Shown here: positions 11,095 through 20,777 of the stretch, one piece after another
Numbering within the stretch: position 1 is the stretch's first letter
Layout of the letters: every line of letters starts with the position of its first letter
Origin: Clostridia bacterium
GTDB lineage: Bacteria > Bacillota > Clostridia > Oscillospirales > UBA644
Direction of reading: 5' to 3'
NCBI GenBank assembly: GCA_017621705.1
Contig: JAGASR010000002.1
Location: 45,984 to 109,983, forward strand
DNA length: 64,000 bases
The notes under the pieces: generated by a model
What the model saw: the letters and a program-made list of their open reading frames with translations, nothing else
Told to the model about the DNA's origin: nothing
Databases searched by the model: none
Program-made: the position numbers and the translations under genes

Positions 11095-12837
11095 ATGAGA
11101 AGAAAGACAAAGATCGTCTGCACTCTCGGCCCTGCAAGCTCCGATGAAAATACTATCCGTGAGCTTATCCTTGCAGGTATGGACGTTGCGCGTTTCAACT
11201 TTTCCCACGGCGCGCATCCCGACCACCTCGAGAAGTTTCAGACATTAAAAAAAGTACGTGAAGAGCTCGGCCTTTTCGTAGCCGCAATGCTCGATACCAA
11301 AGGTCCCGAAGTCCGTCTCGGAAAATTTGAAAACGGCTCCGTTGAGCTCAAGCCCGACGCAGTTTTCACCCTCACAACCGAAGAGACCGTCGGCAACGAA
11401 AAAATCGCATCCATAACCTATAAAAATCTTCCGCAGGATGTCCATCCGGGCAACGTGATCCTTATCGATGACGGTCTTATCGAGCTTAACGTCATCGAAG
11501 TCAAAGGCTCCGAGATCATCTGCCGTGTCGTAAACGGCGGCAAAGTCTCCGACCGTAAAGGCATTAACGTGCCGAACGTCGATCTTTCCATGCCGTATCT
11601 GAGCGACCGCGACCGCGCCGATATCGCTTTTGCAGTAAAGCACGGTTTTGACTTTATCGCCGCTTCGTTCGTCCGTTCCGCATCCGACGTTTTTCAGGTA
11701 CGCAGACTCCTCACCGATCTCGGCTGTAAAACCATAAATATCATCTCCAAGATCGAAAACCGCAGCGGTGTTGAAAATATCGACGAGATCATTGCCGCAT
11801 CCGACGGTATCATGGTTGCGCGCGGCGATATGGGCGTTGAGATCCCGTTCGAGGAAGTTCCCGGTATTCAGAAACTTATCATCGAAAAAGTTTACAATGC
11901 AGGAAAACAGGTCATCACCGCAACTCAGATGCTCGAATCGATGATCAAAAATCCCCGTCCCACAAGAGCCGAAGCGACCGACGTTGCAAACGCTATCTAT
12001 GACGGCACCAGCGCTCTCATGCTCTCGGGCGAGACCGCCGCAGGCCTCTATCCCGTCGAAGCCGTTAAAACAATGGCAAAGATCGCGCGCCGTACAGAGA
12101 AAAATATCAACTACGCAAGACTTTTCCGTCAGCGTGAAAATACCGTCAACCCCGATATCACAAACGCTATCTCCCACGCTGCCGTAACCACTGCTCATGA
12201 CCTCGGCGCCGCCGCTGTTGTGACGGTTTCCAAGTCAGGCAAGACTGTTCGCATGATCTCAAAATACAGACCCCAGTGCGGAATTATCGGTTACAGTACT
12301 TACGAGCACGTCTGCCGCCAGCTTAATCTTTCATGGGGCGTTACTCCGCTCCTTCTCGAAGAAGAAAAGAGCACGGATGACCTTTTCGACCATGCAGTCG
12401 ATAAAGCGCTCGATGAAGGCCTCGTAAAGCAGGGCGAGATCGTCGTTATCACCGCAGGTATTCCGCTCGGCGTTTCGGGTACGACCAACCTCATGCGAGT
12501 CCACGTCGCAGGCCATATCCTCGTTTCGGGCGAAGGTCTTAACGAAAAGCAGGCAGTAGCGCCTCTTTGCGTCTGCCGTGATATTTCTCAGGTCAAGGAA
12601 AAATTCACCCCCGGCGATATCATCGTCGTTCCCTATACTTCAAACGAGATCATTCAGTATCTCAAGACCGCCGCAGGCATCATCACCGAAGAAGCGGGCG
12701 ATACTTCCCATGCCGCAATCGTCGGCCTCTCGCTCGATATTCCCGTAATTATCGGCGCTACGAATGCGACAAAGATCCTCCGTCCGGGCGCAGTCGTAAC
12801 TCTCGACTCCGCAAAGGGCGTAGTTTACACAAATTAA
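11095..12837 (+). CDS. pyk: Pyruvate kinase with C-terminal PEP-utiliser mobile domain
   Basis: 580 aa. RKTKIVCTLGPAS...ARFNFSHG...MVARGDMGVEIP matches pyruvate kinase. An extra roughly 100-aa C-terminal domain (...SHAAIVGLSLDIPVIIG) resembles the Bacillus/Geobacillus type. Confidence 0.93.
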   Translation: MRRKTKIVCTLGPASSDENTIRELILAGMDVARFNFSHGAHPDHLEKFQTLKKVREELGLFVAAMLDTKGPEVRLGKFENGSVELKPDAVFTLTTEETVGNEKIASITYKNLPQDVHPGNVILIDDGLIELNVIEVKGSEIICRVVNGGKVSDRKGINVPNVDLSMPYLSDRDRADIAFAVKHGFDFIAASFVRSASDVFQVRRLLTDLGCKTINIISKIENRSGVENIDEIIAASDGIMVARGDMGVEIPFEEVPGIQKLIIEKVYNAGKQVITATQMLESMIKNPRPTRAEATDVANAIYDGTSALMLSGETAAGLYPVEAVKTMAKIARRTEKNINYARLFRQRENTVNPDITNAISHAAVTTAHDLGAAAVVTVSKSGKTVRMISKYRPQCGIIGYSTYEHVCRQLNLSWGVTPLLLEEEKSTDDLFDHAVDKALDEGLVKQGEIVVITAGIPLGVSGTTNLMRVHVAGHILVSGEGLNEKQAVAPLCVCRDISQVKEKFTPGDIIVVPYTSNEIIQYLKTAAGIITEEAGDTSHAAIVGLSLDIPVIIGATNATKILRPGAVVTLDSAKGVVYTN

Positions 12838-12853
12838 TCTTTTTAAAACAACG

Positions 12854-12888
12854 AGCCACGGCGATCCGATCTGCCGTGGCTTCTTTTT
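12854..12888. terminator. Intrinsic terminator between convergent pyk and the GH-like gene
   Basis: Hairpin AGCCACGGC-(loop)-GCCGTGGCT followed by TTCTTTTTTT. Confidence 0.8.
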
Positions 12889-14937
12889 TTACAAAGAATA
12901 TCGGTTATTATGAAAATTTATCACGTATCGATCAGTTACATCTTTACCGTTTTTCATTACGACAACGTTTAAGAGCTTATCATTTTTCACAACGGCTTCA
13001 ACAGTAATGCCGCCTTTTGCTGCTAATTTAAACGACACATCCATGTTATTCGGAAACGCAGGTAAAATATCAATCATGTTATCGTTGCACTGTAAAAGCA
13101 TATCGTTTACTGTCGAGATAAAGATACCTGCCGCTGTTGCAAACCATGGAAGAGAGCCAAACGTTTCCTCATTTATCTCAAACATTTCATCGAATACTCC
13201 GACAGATCTGTAAGACTGTTTTAATGCATAATAAGCTTTTTCTGTCAATTTAGCTCTTGCGTATCCCGATGCTTTCCAACATGCATACCAAGGAGAAATA
13301 CCGCTTCCTCCGGGATACATATTACCGTAGGGACCCCCGTTTATTTCAAAATCGTCCCAAGCGTTCAACATTTTATTATCGTCATGAGGTAAGACATCAA
13401 ACGGAAATTTACAAGAAAAAACAGCAATACTTTTCTGTTTACAGTTCAGATAAGGAACATACATCTCATCTGTTTGAGGAAGATTTTCTCGAAGTTTCTC
13501 GGATATAAATTTACATTCCTCAGCATATTCTTTATCTATCCCCAATATTTCCGCAGACTTACTGCAACATTCCAATAATTTAATCGAACCGCAAACTGTC
13601 ATAAACGGATTCTGAACAGAAGAGCCGAGACGTTCAAGATCGGTACATTTTCCGATATAAAATTTTTCTCCATCTCTATAAAGCATATGTTTAGTTATAA
13701 ATTTAGAACAAGCTCGAATCAATTTATAACAATCTTTTAAAAACTCTATATCTTCCGAATATTCATAATAATTAAAAGCCCCAATACCGACAAGAGGTAT
13801 ATGGAAAACATGATCAAGCCAATTACCGTCAGGTGAAAGCTCCATTCTGTCATTTTCACCTGTTTCCCAATGAAAGCGTGCCATATCTTCCGTTTCGTTG
13901 TTTCTATGGCAATCACTTGCTCTTTTAATTGCAGTATTCAAGCTATTCAAACGATAAATGGGAACTCTTTTAGCAAAATCCAGACGATTTGAGCCAAGAA
14001 GTCCGATAAATGAAGTATATTCGTCAAAAGCAAAAAATCTGCCGTCCCAAGCCCCGTTATTAAAACCGACCGAGATAGAATATTTTGTCGTATTACATTT
14101 AACAGAATAAAGAGATGTTTTATAAATACTGTTTAATCTTTCATCAGCGGTTTGTACATATCCTGAACCAAAATATTCACTAAAATGATCTTCGCAATCT
14201 TTCAACAGACAGTCAAAGCCCATTTCATCAATTTTTTGTTTATATACTTTAAGTACCTCAGAAAAATCAACATCACCGAGATCATCTTCAAGATAATAGT
14301 AAAATGTTACTTTTTCGCCTTCCGAAGCCTCAAAAATGATCTTTGCGCCATGATCGGTTGATTCAAAAGTAAAATCTTTATCAACCTTAAAATGTATTTC
14401 ACCCGAAAAAACATCCATACCGTACATTTTAAAACCTATACAGCACATATCTTCGAGTCTATTCACATACAAAACATTTATATACTTACTTATATTAGCA
14501 TCATATCCGCAAAGATTAATGTCATACGAAAACTTTTTTGATCCGTTTATGTTTTTAAACGTCTTTTGAAGAGCATAGATATTCATATCAGGATGAATAA
14601 ATCCTTGAGAATGAATATCGTTACCGTTTTCATAAGAACAATCACTTTCAAAAAAACCTTTTTCAGGACAAAGAGTCTGAGACCAAGTTTCCACATTACT
14701 TCCGGCATCAAAAGTAAATGAACCAAACGGAAACAAACGAGCTTGCAAAGAATTACACAGTGCGGTCCTTCGGGCAGAACGTACAACAATACCGTCAAAA
14801 GCAGAAAAACCTGCTTTATAGGTATCTGCTTTTGTATACCCAAGCATTCCTTCTTTATCAGGGGCAAAAGATATATCTCCGTTAGAAAGCAACGGTGGGA
14901 AATAATATCTTTTATTTTCGCAACTGCTATATGTCAT
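12889..14937 (-). CDS. Putative six-hairpin (alpha/alpha)6-type glycoside hydrolase, family unassigned
   Basis: 682-aa ORF. The C-terminus (...DMLLQCNDNMIDILPAFPNNMDVSFKLAAKGGITVEAVVKNDKL) resembles the LLPALP...GLRARGG ending of GH95/GH65-like enzymes from memory. Markedly AT-rich compared with its neighbours. Confidence 0.45.
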   Translation of the reverse strand: MTYSSCENKRYYFPPLLSNGDISFAPDKEGMLGYTKADTYKAGFSAFDGIVVRSARRTALCNSLQARLFPFGSFTFDAGSNVETWSQTLCPEKGFFESDCSYENGNDIHSQGFIHPDMNIYALQKTFKNINGSKKFSYDINLCGYDANISKYINVLYVNRLEDMCCIGFKMYGMDVFSGEIHFKVDKDFTFESTDHGAKIIFEASEGEKVTFYYYLEDDLGDVDFSEVLKVYKQKIDEMGFDCLLKDCEDHFSEYFGSGYVQTADERLNSIYKTSLYSVKCNTTKYSISVGFNNGAWDGRFFAFDEYTSFIGLLGSNRLDFAKRVPIYRLNSLNTAIKRASDCHRNNETEDMARFHWETGENDRMELSPDGNWLDHVFHIPLVGIGAFNYYEYSEDIEFLKDCYKLIRACSKFITKHMLYRDGEKFYIGKCTDLERLGSSVQNPFMTVCGSIKLLECCSKSAEILGIDKEYAEECKFISEKLRENLPQTDEMYVPYLNCKQKSIAVFSCKFPFDVLPHDDNKMLNAWDDFEINGGPYGNMYPGGSGISPWYACWKASGYARAKLTEKAYYALKQSYRSVGVFDEMFEINEETFGSLPWFATAAGIFISTVNDMLLQCNDNMIDILPAFPNNMDVSFKLAAKGGITVEAVVKNDKLLNVVVMKNGKDVTDRYVINFHNNRYSL

Positions 14938-15250
14938 AGAATCATCGCTCCTTAAATTTCAAAGTCCAAGCAGATGTCAACTGATTTTATTATACATTGC
15001 AGATCAATGTTTGTCAATCCTGCTTTCAATTATTTTTGAATTTCATAATTGCTTTGAACGTATGATAACAATGAGAGACGGAACAAAGCTTCTGACAGAT
15101 AATATTATGGATATTGAATGTTATAATATTTATTGTTTGTTTGACGGTTTTTGTCGTGCCCTGTCGTATTTACCGTTTAACAATGTTTTGTCCTAAAATT
15201 ACGTTTTATGGTTCGATTTTTTGACACTATTTCTTCCATAAATAAGAGTA

Positions 15251-15259
15251 TGATATAAT
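15251..15259 (+). promoter_or_regulatory. Extended -10 element (TGATATAAT) upstream of the ABC gene
   Basis: TGaTATAAT lies 29 nt upstream of the ATG at 15288. No good -35 at 17 nt spacing. Confidence 0.4.
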
Positions 15260-15287
15260 ATCATAATTTTATTTGAAAGGTCAAAAT

Positions 15288-18200
15288 ATGCTTCGTCTTA
15301 AAAATATCAAAAAAGACTACTCGGTCGGCGACGGCGCTGTCCATGCGTTGAAGGGTGTCGATCTTACGTTCAGAGAAAGCGAATTTGTATCTATCCTCGG
15401 TCCTTCGGGCTGCGGTAAAACCACAATGCTCAATATCATCGGCGGCCTCGATCAGTATTCCGATGGCGATCTCGTAATCGACGGCGTTTCCACCAAAAAC
15501 TATAACGACCGCGACTGGGATACTTACCGTAACCATTCCATCGGCTTCGTTTTCCAAAGCTATAACCTCATTCCGCATCAGACTGTTTTAAGCAACGTCG
15601 AACTTGCGCTCACTCTTTCGGGTGTTTCTAAAGCGGAACGCCGCGAACGCGCAAAAAAAGCTCTTGAAGAAGTCGGTCTCGGCGATCAGCTCAAAAAACG
15701 TCCCAGCGAAATGTCGGGCGGTCAGATGCAGAGAGTTGCGATCGCTCGAGCCCTCGTAAATAACCCCGAGATCATTCTTGCTGACGAACCCACTGGCGCT
15801 CTTGACTCCGAAACGAGCGTTCAGGTCATGCAGCTTCTCAAAAAGATCTCGAAAGACCGTCTCATAATCATGGTCACACATAACGGCGAGCTTGCCGAGG
15901 AATACTCCACCCGTATCGTCCGTATGCTTGACGGTAATATCATAGGCGACAGCAACCCCGTAACCCCCGAAGAGCTTGCCTCCCTCGAAAAAGCCGACAA
16001 AGAAAAGCAGGAAAACAAAAAGAAGACGAAAAAACCGTCAATGTCGTTCTTTACTTCTTTCGGCCTTTCTCTCAACAACCTTTTTACCAAAAAAGGCAGA
16101 ACGATCCTCACCTCTTTCGCAGGCTCGATCGGTATTATCGGCATCGCACTCATCTTTGCCGTTTCGAACGGTATGACAACCTATATCGACACCGTTCAGG
16201 AAGATACGCTCTCGTCTTACCCCATAACCATCGAAGCGACGACGGTCGATATCGGCAGTCTTATGCAGACTTTCATGGGCTCCGTCACCGACGAAAGCAA
16301 ACAGCACGAAAAAGATGCGGTCTATTCGAAATCCGTCATGTTCGATATGATCAATGCTCTCAATAATATCGAAACGACCGAAAACGACCTCAAAGCGTTC
16401 CGCGAATATATCGAAACTAAGCGCGCGGATGAAGACGGTGCTCTCGCCGAAGCTTTAAGCGGCGTTCAGTATACCTACAATACCGACCTTATCGTCTATA
16501 CGAAAAATCTCGACGGCGAAATCGTCGTTTCCGATACCGAAAAGCTTCTCTCCGAGGCAGTTGCCGAGAATTTCGGCATGAATATGATGTCTATGCAGGA
16601 TATGGGCAGTTCTATGGTCGCAGGCAATGAGTCAATGTCCATGCTTTCTTCAATGAGCCAGGCAAACAGCGGCATAAAGCTCTGGCAGGAAATGCTCCCC
16701 GGTGAAAACGGCAGCCTCGTCAATCCCATTCTCGAAAATCAGTATGAAGTCGTTTACGGCTCCTGGCCCGATGAATACGACGAAGTCGTTGTTGTTCTCG
16801 ACAGAAATAACGAGATCGACGACCTCACGCTTTTTGCTCTCGGCTTAAAATCCGAGGAGGAAATGGATTCGATATTTGACGCCGTCTCGAAAGGTACCCA
16901 TATCGATACCTCGCTTCAGCGCTGGACTTACGAAGAACTCTGCGATAAAGAATATAAAGTCGTTTTAAGCTCCGATTGCTATACTTACGACGAATCCACG
17001 GGCCTCTACGTCGATCTTCGCGATACCGATGCAGGCACCCGTTACCTTTACGATAACGGTCTCACGCTCCGCGTTTCGGGCATTATCCGTCCGAACGAGA
17101 CCGCAAGCAGCACAATGCTCACCGGCTCTCTTGCATATACAACAAAACTCACCGAATATATCGTCGAAAAAGCGCATGAATCCGAAGTCGTAAAAGCTCA
17201 GCTCGAAAGCACCTCTACCGATATCTTTACGGGTCTTCCGTTCCGTGAAAACACGGGCAATATGTCCGATGAAGAAAAAGAGGAATCGTTCAGAAAATAT
17301 ATCTCCGAGCTCGATACCGAAGGCAAAGCCAACGCATATGTCGAGATCATGAGCATTCCTTCCGAGGAACAGCTCGACGGAGCCGTTTCTCAGGTCATGG
17401 CAGGCGTTACGCGCGAGCAGATCGAAGAAAACCTCATAACCGCAATGTCTGCGCAGATGAGCATGAACGCTTCCGCAATCGAAGATTATCTTCTTTCTAT
17501 GTCCGACGAAGACCTTTTTGAGCTCTTTGAGAAGATGGTAAGAGAGCAGGTCAAAGCGCAGATCGCGCAGCAGGTCGTCTCTCAGCTTGCCGCAATGACT
17601 CCCGAACAGCTCGCAGGAGCTCTCGATATGTCAGCACCGTCCTATACCACCGAGCAGTGTGCCGTTTACCACGACGAAGTCCTCGTTTTCTCCGATAAAA
17701 CGTATGACTCCAACCTCATCACCCTCGGCTGTGTTTATCTCGACGATCCCGCAACCGTCAACCTCTTCGCTTCAAGCTTCGAAAATAAAGATATCATCGA
17801 AGAGTTTATCGCCGATTATAACGAAAATGTCGATGACCTTTCCAAGATCCGCTATACCGACTATATCGGCATCATGATGTCTTCGATCACCACAATTATC
17901 AATGCAATAACGTATGTTCTTATCGCGTTCGTCGCGATCTCTCTCGTCGTTTCTTCGATCATGATCGGCGTTATCACCCTTATCTCCGTTCAGGAAAGAA
18001 CGAAAGAGATCGGTATTCTCCGCGCGATCGGCGCATCGAAGAGAGATGTTTCGGGTATGTTCAATGCCGAAACAGTCATCATCGGTTTTACGTCCGGTCT
18101 TCTCGGCGTTGTTGTAACGTATCTTCTCACTTTCCCCATCAACTTTATCATCAATACCCTCACCGGAATCAGCAACCTCGATGCGATCTTCCCCCTGCCC

Positions 18201-18311
18201 GTCGCGCTCATTCTCATTGCCATCAGCGTTGTTTTGACGCTCATTGCAGGCATTATTCCCTCTGCGAGCGCCGCAAAGAAAGACCCCGTCGTTGCTCTCC
18301 GAACGGAATAA
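15288..18311 (+). CDS. Fused ABC transporter ATPase + MacB/FtsX-type permease with a very large extracytoplasmic domain
   Basis: N-terminus has Walker A GPSGCGKTT, signature SGGQMQRVAIARAL and Walker B ILADEPTGALD. A TM helix follows (GSIGIIGIALIFAV), then an extracytoplasmic region of about 570 aa, then a C-terminal FtsX block (ERTKEIGILRAIGASKRDV plus 3 TM). Start moved to ATG 15288, with GAAAGG SD 8 nt upstream. Confidence 0.85.
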   Translation: MLRLKNIKKDYSVGDGAVHALKGVDLTFRESEFVSILGPSGCGKTTMLNIIGGLDQYSDGDLVIDGVSTKNYNDRDWDTYRNHSIGFVFQSYNLIPHQTVLSNVELALTLSGVSKAERRERAKKALEEVGLGDQLKKRPSEMSGGQMQRVAIARALVNNPEIILADEPTGALDSETSVQVMQLLKKISKDRLIIMVTHNGELAEEYSTRIVRMLDGNIIGDSNPVTPEELASLEKADKEKQENKKKTKKPSMSFFTSFGLSLNNLFTKKGRTILTSFAGSIGIIGIALIFAVSNGMTTYIDTVQEDTLSSYPITIEATTVDIGSLMQTFMGSVTDESKQHEKDAVYSKSVMFDMINALNNIETTENDLKAFREYIETKRADEDGALAEALSGVQYTYNTDLIVYTKNLDGEIVVSDTEKLLSEAVAENFGMNMMSMQDMGSSMVAGNESMSMLSSMSQANSGIKLWQEMLPGENGSLVNPILENQYEVVYGSWPDEYDEVVVVLDRNNEIDDLTLFALGLKSEEEMDSIFDAVSKGTHIDTSLQRWTYEELCDKEYKVVLSSDCYTYDESTGLYVDLRDTDAGTRYLYDNGLTLRVSGIIRPNETASSTMLTGSLAYTTKLTEYIVEKAHESEVVKAQLESTSTDIFTGLPFRENTGNMSDEEKEESFRKYISELDTEGKANAYVEIMSIPSEEQLDGAVSQVMAGVTREQIEENLITAMSAQMSMNASAIEDYLLSMSDEDLFELFEKMVREQVKAQIAQQVVSQLAAMTPEQLAGALDMSAPSYTTEQCAVYHDEVLVFSDKTYDSNLITLGCVYLDDPATVNLFASSFENKDIIEEFIADYNENVDDLSKIRYTDYIGIMMSSITTIINAITYVLIAFVAISLVVSSIMIGVITLISVQERTKEIGILRAIGASKRDVSGMFNAETVIIGFTSGLLGVVVTYLLTFPINFIINTLTGISNLDAIFPLPVALILIAISVVLTLIAGIIPSASAAKKDPVVALRTE

Positions 18312-18339
18312 ACCGAAATTAACAATTTTACAAAAGCAT

Positions 18340-18371
18340 AAGAGCCAAGTTGCATTAGCAACTTGGCTCTT
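18340..18371. terminator. Hairpin between the convergent ABC gene and the P-loop kinase gene
   Basis: AAGAGCCAAGTTGC-ATTA-GCAACTTGGCTCTT, a 14-bp perfect stem. U-rich flank only on the minus-strand side. Confidence 0.6.
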
Positions 18372-18389
18372 AATATTCGGAATGATTTT

Positions 18390-18887
18390 TTATCTGTTGA
18401 TCTTCTTTAAAAATTCATCCGCTTCGTCTCTGCAGGAAAAAATGCGAATATCTTTATCTTTATATTTTTCCAGCAACTGCATCACCGCAGGGCGGCTTTC
18501 GGCGTTGTAGTTTTTTATGAATTCGATGAATTCCAAATCCTCTTCGCCTTCTTTTTCCGTCCACGGCATATCGGAGCGAGGCTTGCCTTTTCGTCTGCGT
18601 ATTCCGTCAAGACAGACCTGCAGCGGATAATCGAGAAAAACGACCGTGTCGCATGCGCGAAGCCGCAGTTCGATCGTCGAACCGTAGTTGCCGTCAATTA
18701 TCCATTCGTCTTTTTCGATCGCTTTTTGCAGCCGTTCAAGAAAAACGGATTTTTCAACGGTCGTCCTGTCTTCGTTCCAATACATCATATCCAGATGATA
18801 AATCGGAAGCCCCGTCGCTTCGTGCAATGCCCTCGAAAACGTACTTTTACCGCTTCCGGGGCAACCGATGACCATAATTTTTTTCAT
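18390..18887 (-). CDS. P-loop NTPase, adenylate-kinase-like / topology-modulation (FlaR-like) family
   Basis: 165 aa. The opening MKKIMVIGCPGSGKSTFSRAL...IYHLDMMYWNE...IIDGNY is typical of this small kinase-like family. Confidence 0.7.
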   Translation of the reverse strand: MKKIMVIGCPGSGKSTFSRALHEATGLPIYHLDMMYWNEDRTTVEKSVFLERLQKAIEKDEWIIDGNYGSTIELRLRACDTVVFLDYPLQVCLDGIRRRKGKPRSDMPWTEKEGEEDLEFIEFIKNYNAESRPAVMQLLEKYKDKDIRIFSCRDEADEFLKKINR

Positions 18888-18959
18888 AGCTTTTTATTCA
18901 ATTAGATCTTACTTCTTAAATCACGGGTACAGCATTTTTTGCCGCTGTACCCAAAATCT

Positions 18960-20705
18960 TTATCTTCTCAAAATCGCAAGACCGCCGCTCGGAATTTCAA
19001 TAGGTGTTATTCCTTCCAAAAAGCGCATAGTCTGACTGACTTCGTGACCCCTGCAGTCTTTTATCAGAACATCATAGACACCTTTCAGCTCAATAAGCAC
19101 ACGGTCTCCGCTGCAGCCGTTTGCAATGTAGATCGTATCGACATCGTCGGGCTGTACGCACTTATCGATAGCATAAACACCCACAGCGCATTCGTTATCA
19201 AGGGTGGACTTTGCCCATGTGTACATCAGATGCGGTTCAAAGGCTTCAAGCTTGCCCTCAAGAAGCAGTTCTTTATGCTCTTTGAGAAAATTCAGCCAGA
19301 ACACCGACATTTCTGCCAATTCGGGAGTCATTTCTTCCATTCTTCCCGAATACTGAAGTACGCCGAACATACAGCTTATGATCTGAATGGCGTTGTTTTC
19401 CACCTTTTCGTAAGGACACATCATCAGCATATCCGAATGAACCGCCTGGTTACCCATCAGCATTCTAAGATCGATGATCGATGCTCTGTTTTTCAGATAG
19501 TTTCCTGCGCAGTCGCCGACTCTGAACATATTGCCGAATCTTCTCATATGCGGACCGATATAGCTCTGTCTGAACTCAATGAGAATATCGGGCTTGATCT
19601 GCAGCAGTGCGTCAACTATTTCTGCCATGCAGACATCAACCGCATCCTGCAATGCCGGAATATCCATTTTTTCGTTGTACGGCGCATTTGCGTGGCTGTC
19701 GCTCCATGTATCAACAAAATCAAGCTTGAATCCGTCAAGATTCCATTCCGTCAGAGCCTTTTTATAAGTGTTGACCATGAATTCTCGTGCTTCTTTATAT
19801 CGTGGGTCGAGAATAGCCGCAAGCAGTCCGGGTTCGTCCCTAAGAAGCATATCTTTGAAATGCTCGTAATGCTCGCTTTCATGCCCGATCAGCGGAACGG
19901 CGTACCATAAAATATACTTCATTCCCATTTCCTGAACACGCATTACATGCGTCGCCATATCGGTGATCTTCGAGGATGCGGGAATCCAGTCGCCGCAATG
20001 GGAGTAGCCGTGGACAAGCTCGTCCGCCTGCCAGCCGTCGTCAATAATGCAGATGTCAAAGCCGAGATCTTTTGCCCAACGGCACTTTTCTTCCACCGTC
20101 TTTTCGTCAACTTGCTTATGGTATGAGTACCAGAAAGAATAAAGAGGGTCCTTTGCCGTGGAAGGTACCTGCAGAGGCTTCATTTCCCATTCGTTTTCCC
20201 ACCATGAAGCCACCGCTTCGACAGCTTTCATCATCGTTACGGGGCGTTTGTCCACTCTTAATGTTATTTTTGTGGAGTATTCGTTTGTATACTGCTTCGT
20301 TCCGAAAGAAAAAAACATGTCCAGATTGCCGAACTGGTCATTGATACTGTTCTTCATATGCATCAGCTTTTTACATTCGGACAAAGCCCAGCAGTAGCTG
20401 TTTGTTCCGTTGCCGTCAAAATAAACGGTTATCGGGCAGTTATTTGAGATCATTGACGAGAATCTGTCATCCCAGTGAGGACTGAGACATCTGCTGATAT
20501 AGCATCTCGAATCCCATTTATACATGATGCCGCTTCGCATTTCGGACCAGGAAACATTAAACGCCCCATTTTCTGCGGCAATTTCTTTCGTCCAGCTGAA
20601 TGAAAATTCGTATTCGGCAACAGAATCCTGATCTTTTGTCTTTAACAACGTACAGTCTGCGCCCTCAGGCATTGTGACTGTAAAAATATCCAACTTTATT
20701 TCCAT
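18960..20705 (-). CDS. Alpha-galactosidase-like glycoside hydrolase (GH36-like)
   Basis: 581 aa with IIDDGWQ, GMKYILWYAVP and LDGFKLDFVD motifs, characteristic of the GH36/GH27 clan. AAGGAG SD present. Confidence 0.6.
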   Translation of the reverse strand: MEIKLDIFTVTMPEGADCTLLKTKDQDSVAEYEFSFSWTKEIAAENGAFNVSWSEMRSGIMYKWDSRCYISRCLSPHWDDRFSSMISNNCPITVYFDGNGTNSYCWALSECKKLMHMKNSINDQFGNLDMFFSFGTKQYTNEYSTKITLRVDKRPVTMMKAVEAVASWWENEWEMKPLQVPSTAKDPLYSFWYSYHKQVDEKTVEEKCRWAKDLGFDICIIDDGWQADELVHGYSHCGDWIPASSKITDMATHVMRVQEMGMKYILWYAVPLIGHESEHYEHFKDMLLRDEPGLLAAILDPRYKEAREFMVNTYKKALTEWNLDGFKLDFVDTWSDSHANAPYNEKMDIPALQDAVDVCMAEIVDALLQIKPDILIEFRQSYIGPHMRRFGNMFRVGDCAGNYLKNRASIIDLRMLMGNQAVHSDMLMMCPYEKVENNAIQIISCMFGVLQYSGRMEEMTPELAEMSVFWLNFLKEHKELLLEGKLEAFEPHLMYTWAKSTLDNECAVGVYAIDKCVQPDDVDTIYIANGCSGDRVLIELKGVYDVLIKDCRGHEVSQTMRFLEGITPIEIPSGGLAILRR

Positions 20706-20738
20706 AGCATAACTCCTTTAAAATCAAGTAATTCTGCA

Positions 20739-20770
20739 ACAGGCACGGCAGTTTGAGCCGCCATGCCTGT
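20739..20770. other. Stable hairpin between the GH51-fusion and GH36 genes (possible weak terminator or processing site)
   Basis: ACAGGCACGGC-(9 nt)-GCCATGCCTGT, pairing at 10 of 11 positions on the plus strand. In minus-strand RNA the mismatch becomes a G-U pair. The T-run lies on the plus-strand side only. Confidence 0.4.
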
Positions 20771-20777
20771 ATTTTTT

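Noticed and set aside
10882-11226. 114-aa minus-strand ORF
   Set aside because: Overlaps the 3' part of the RNase P RNA and the 5' end of pyk. No SD, and the region is better explained by those two features.
12854-12888. Shared AGCCACGG...CCGTGGCT stems in the terminators at 12854 and 36523 as a dispersed repeat element
   Set aside because: Only the 8-9 nt stem core is shared. Loops and flanks differ. Two occurrences of a GC-rich terminator stem are not enough to call a repeat family.
18939-19910. 323-aa plus-strand ORF
   Set aside because: Antisense shadow of the GH36-like gene.
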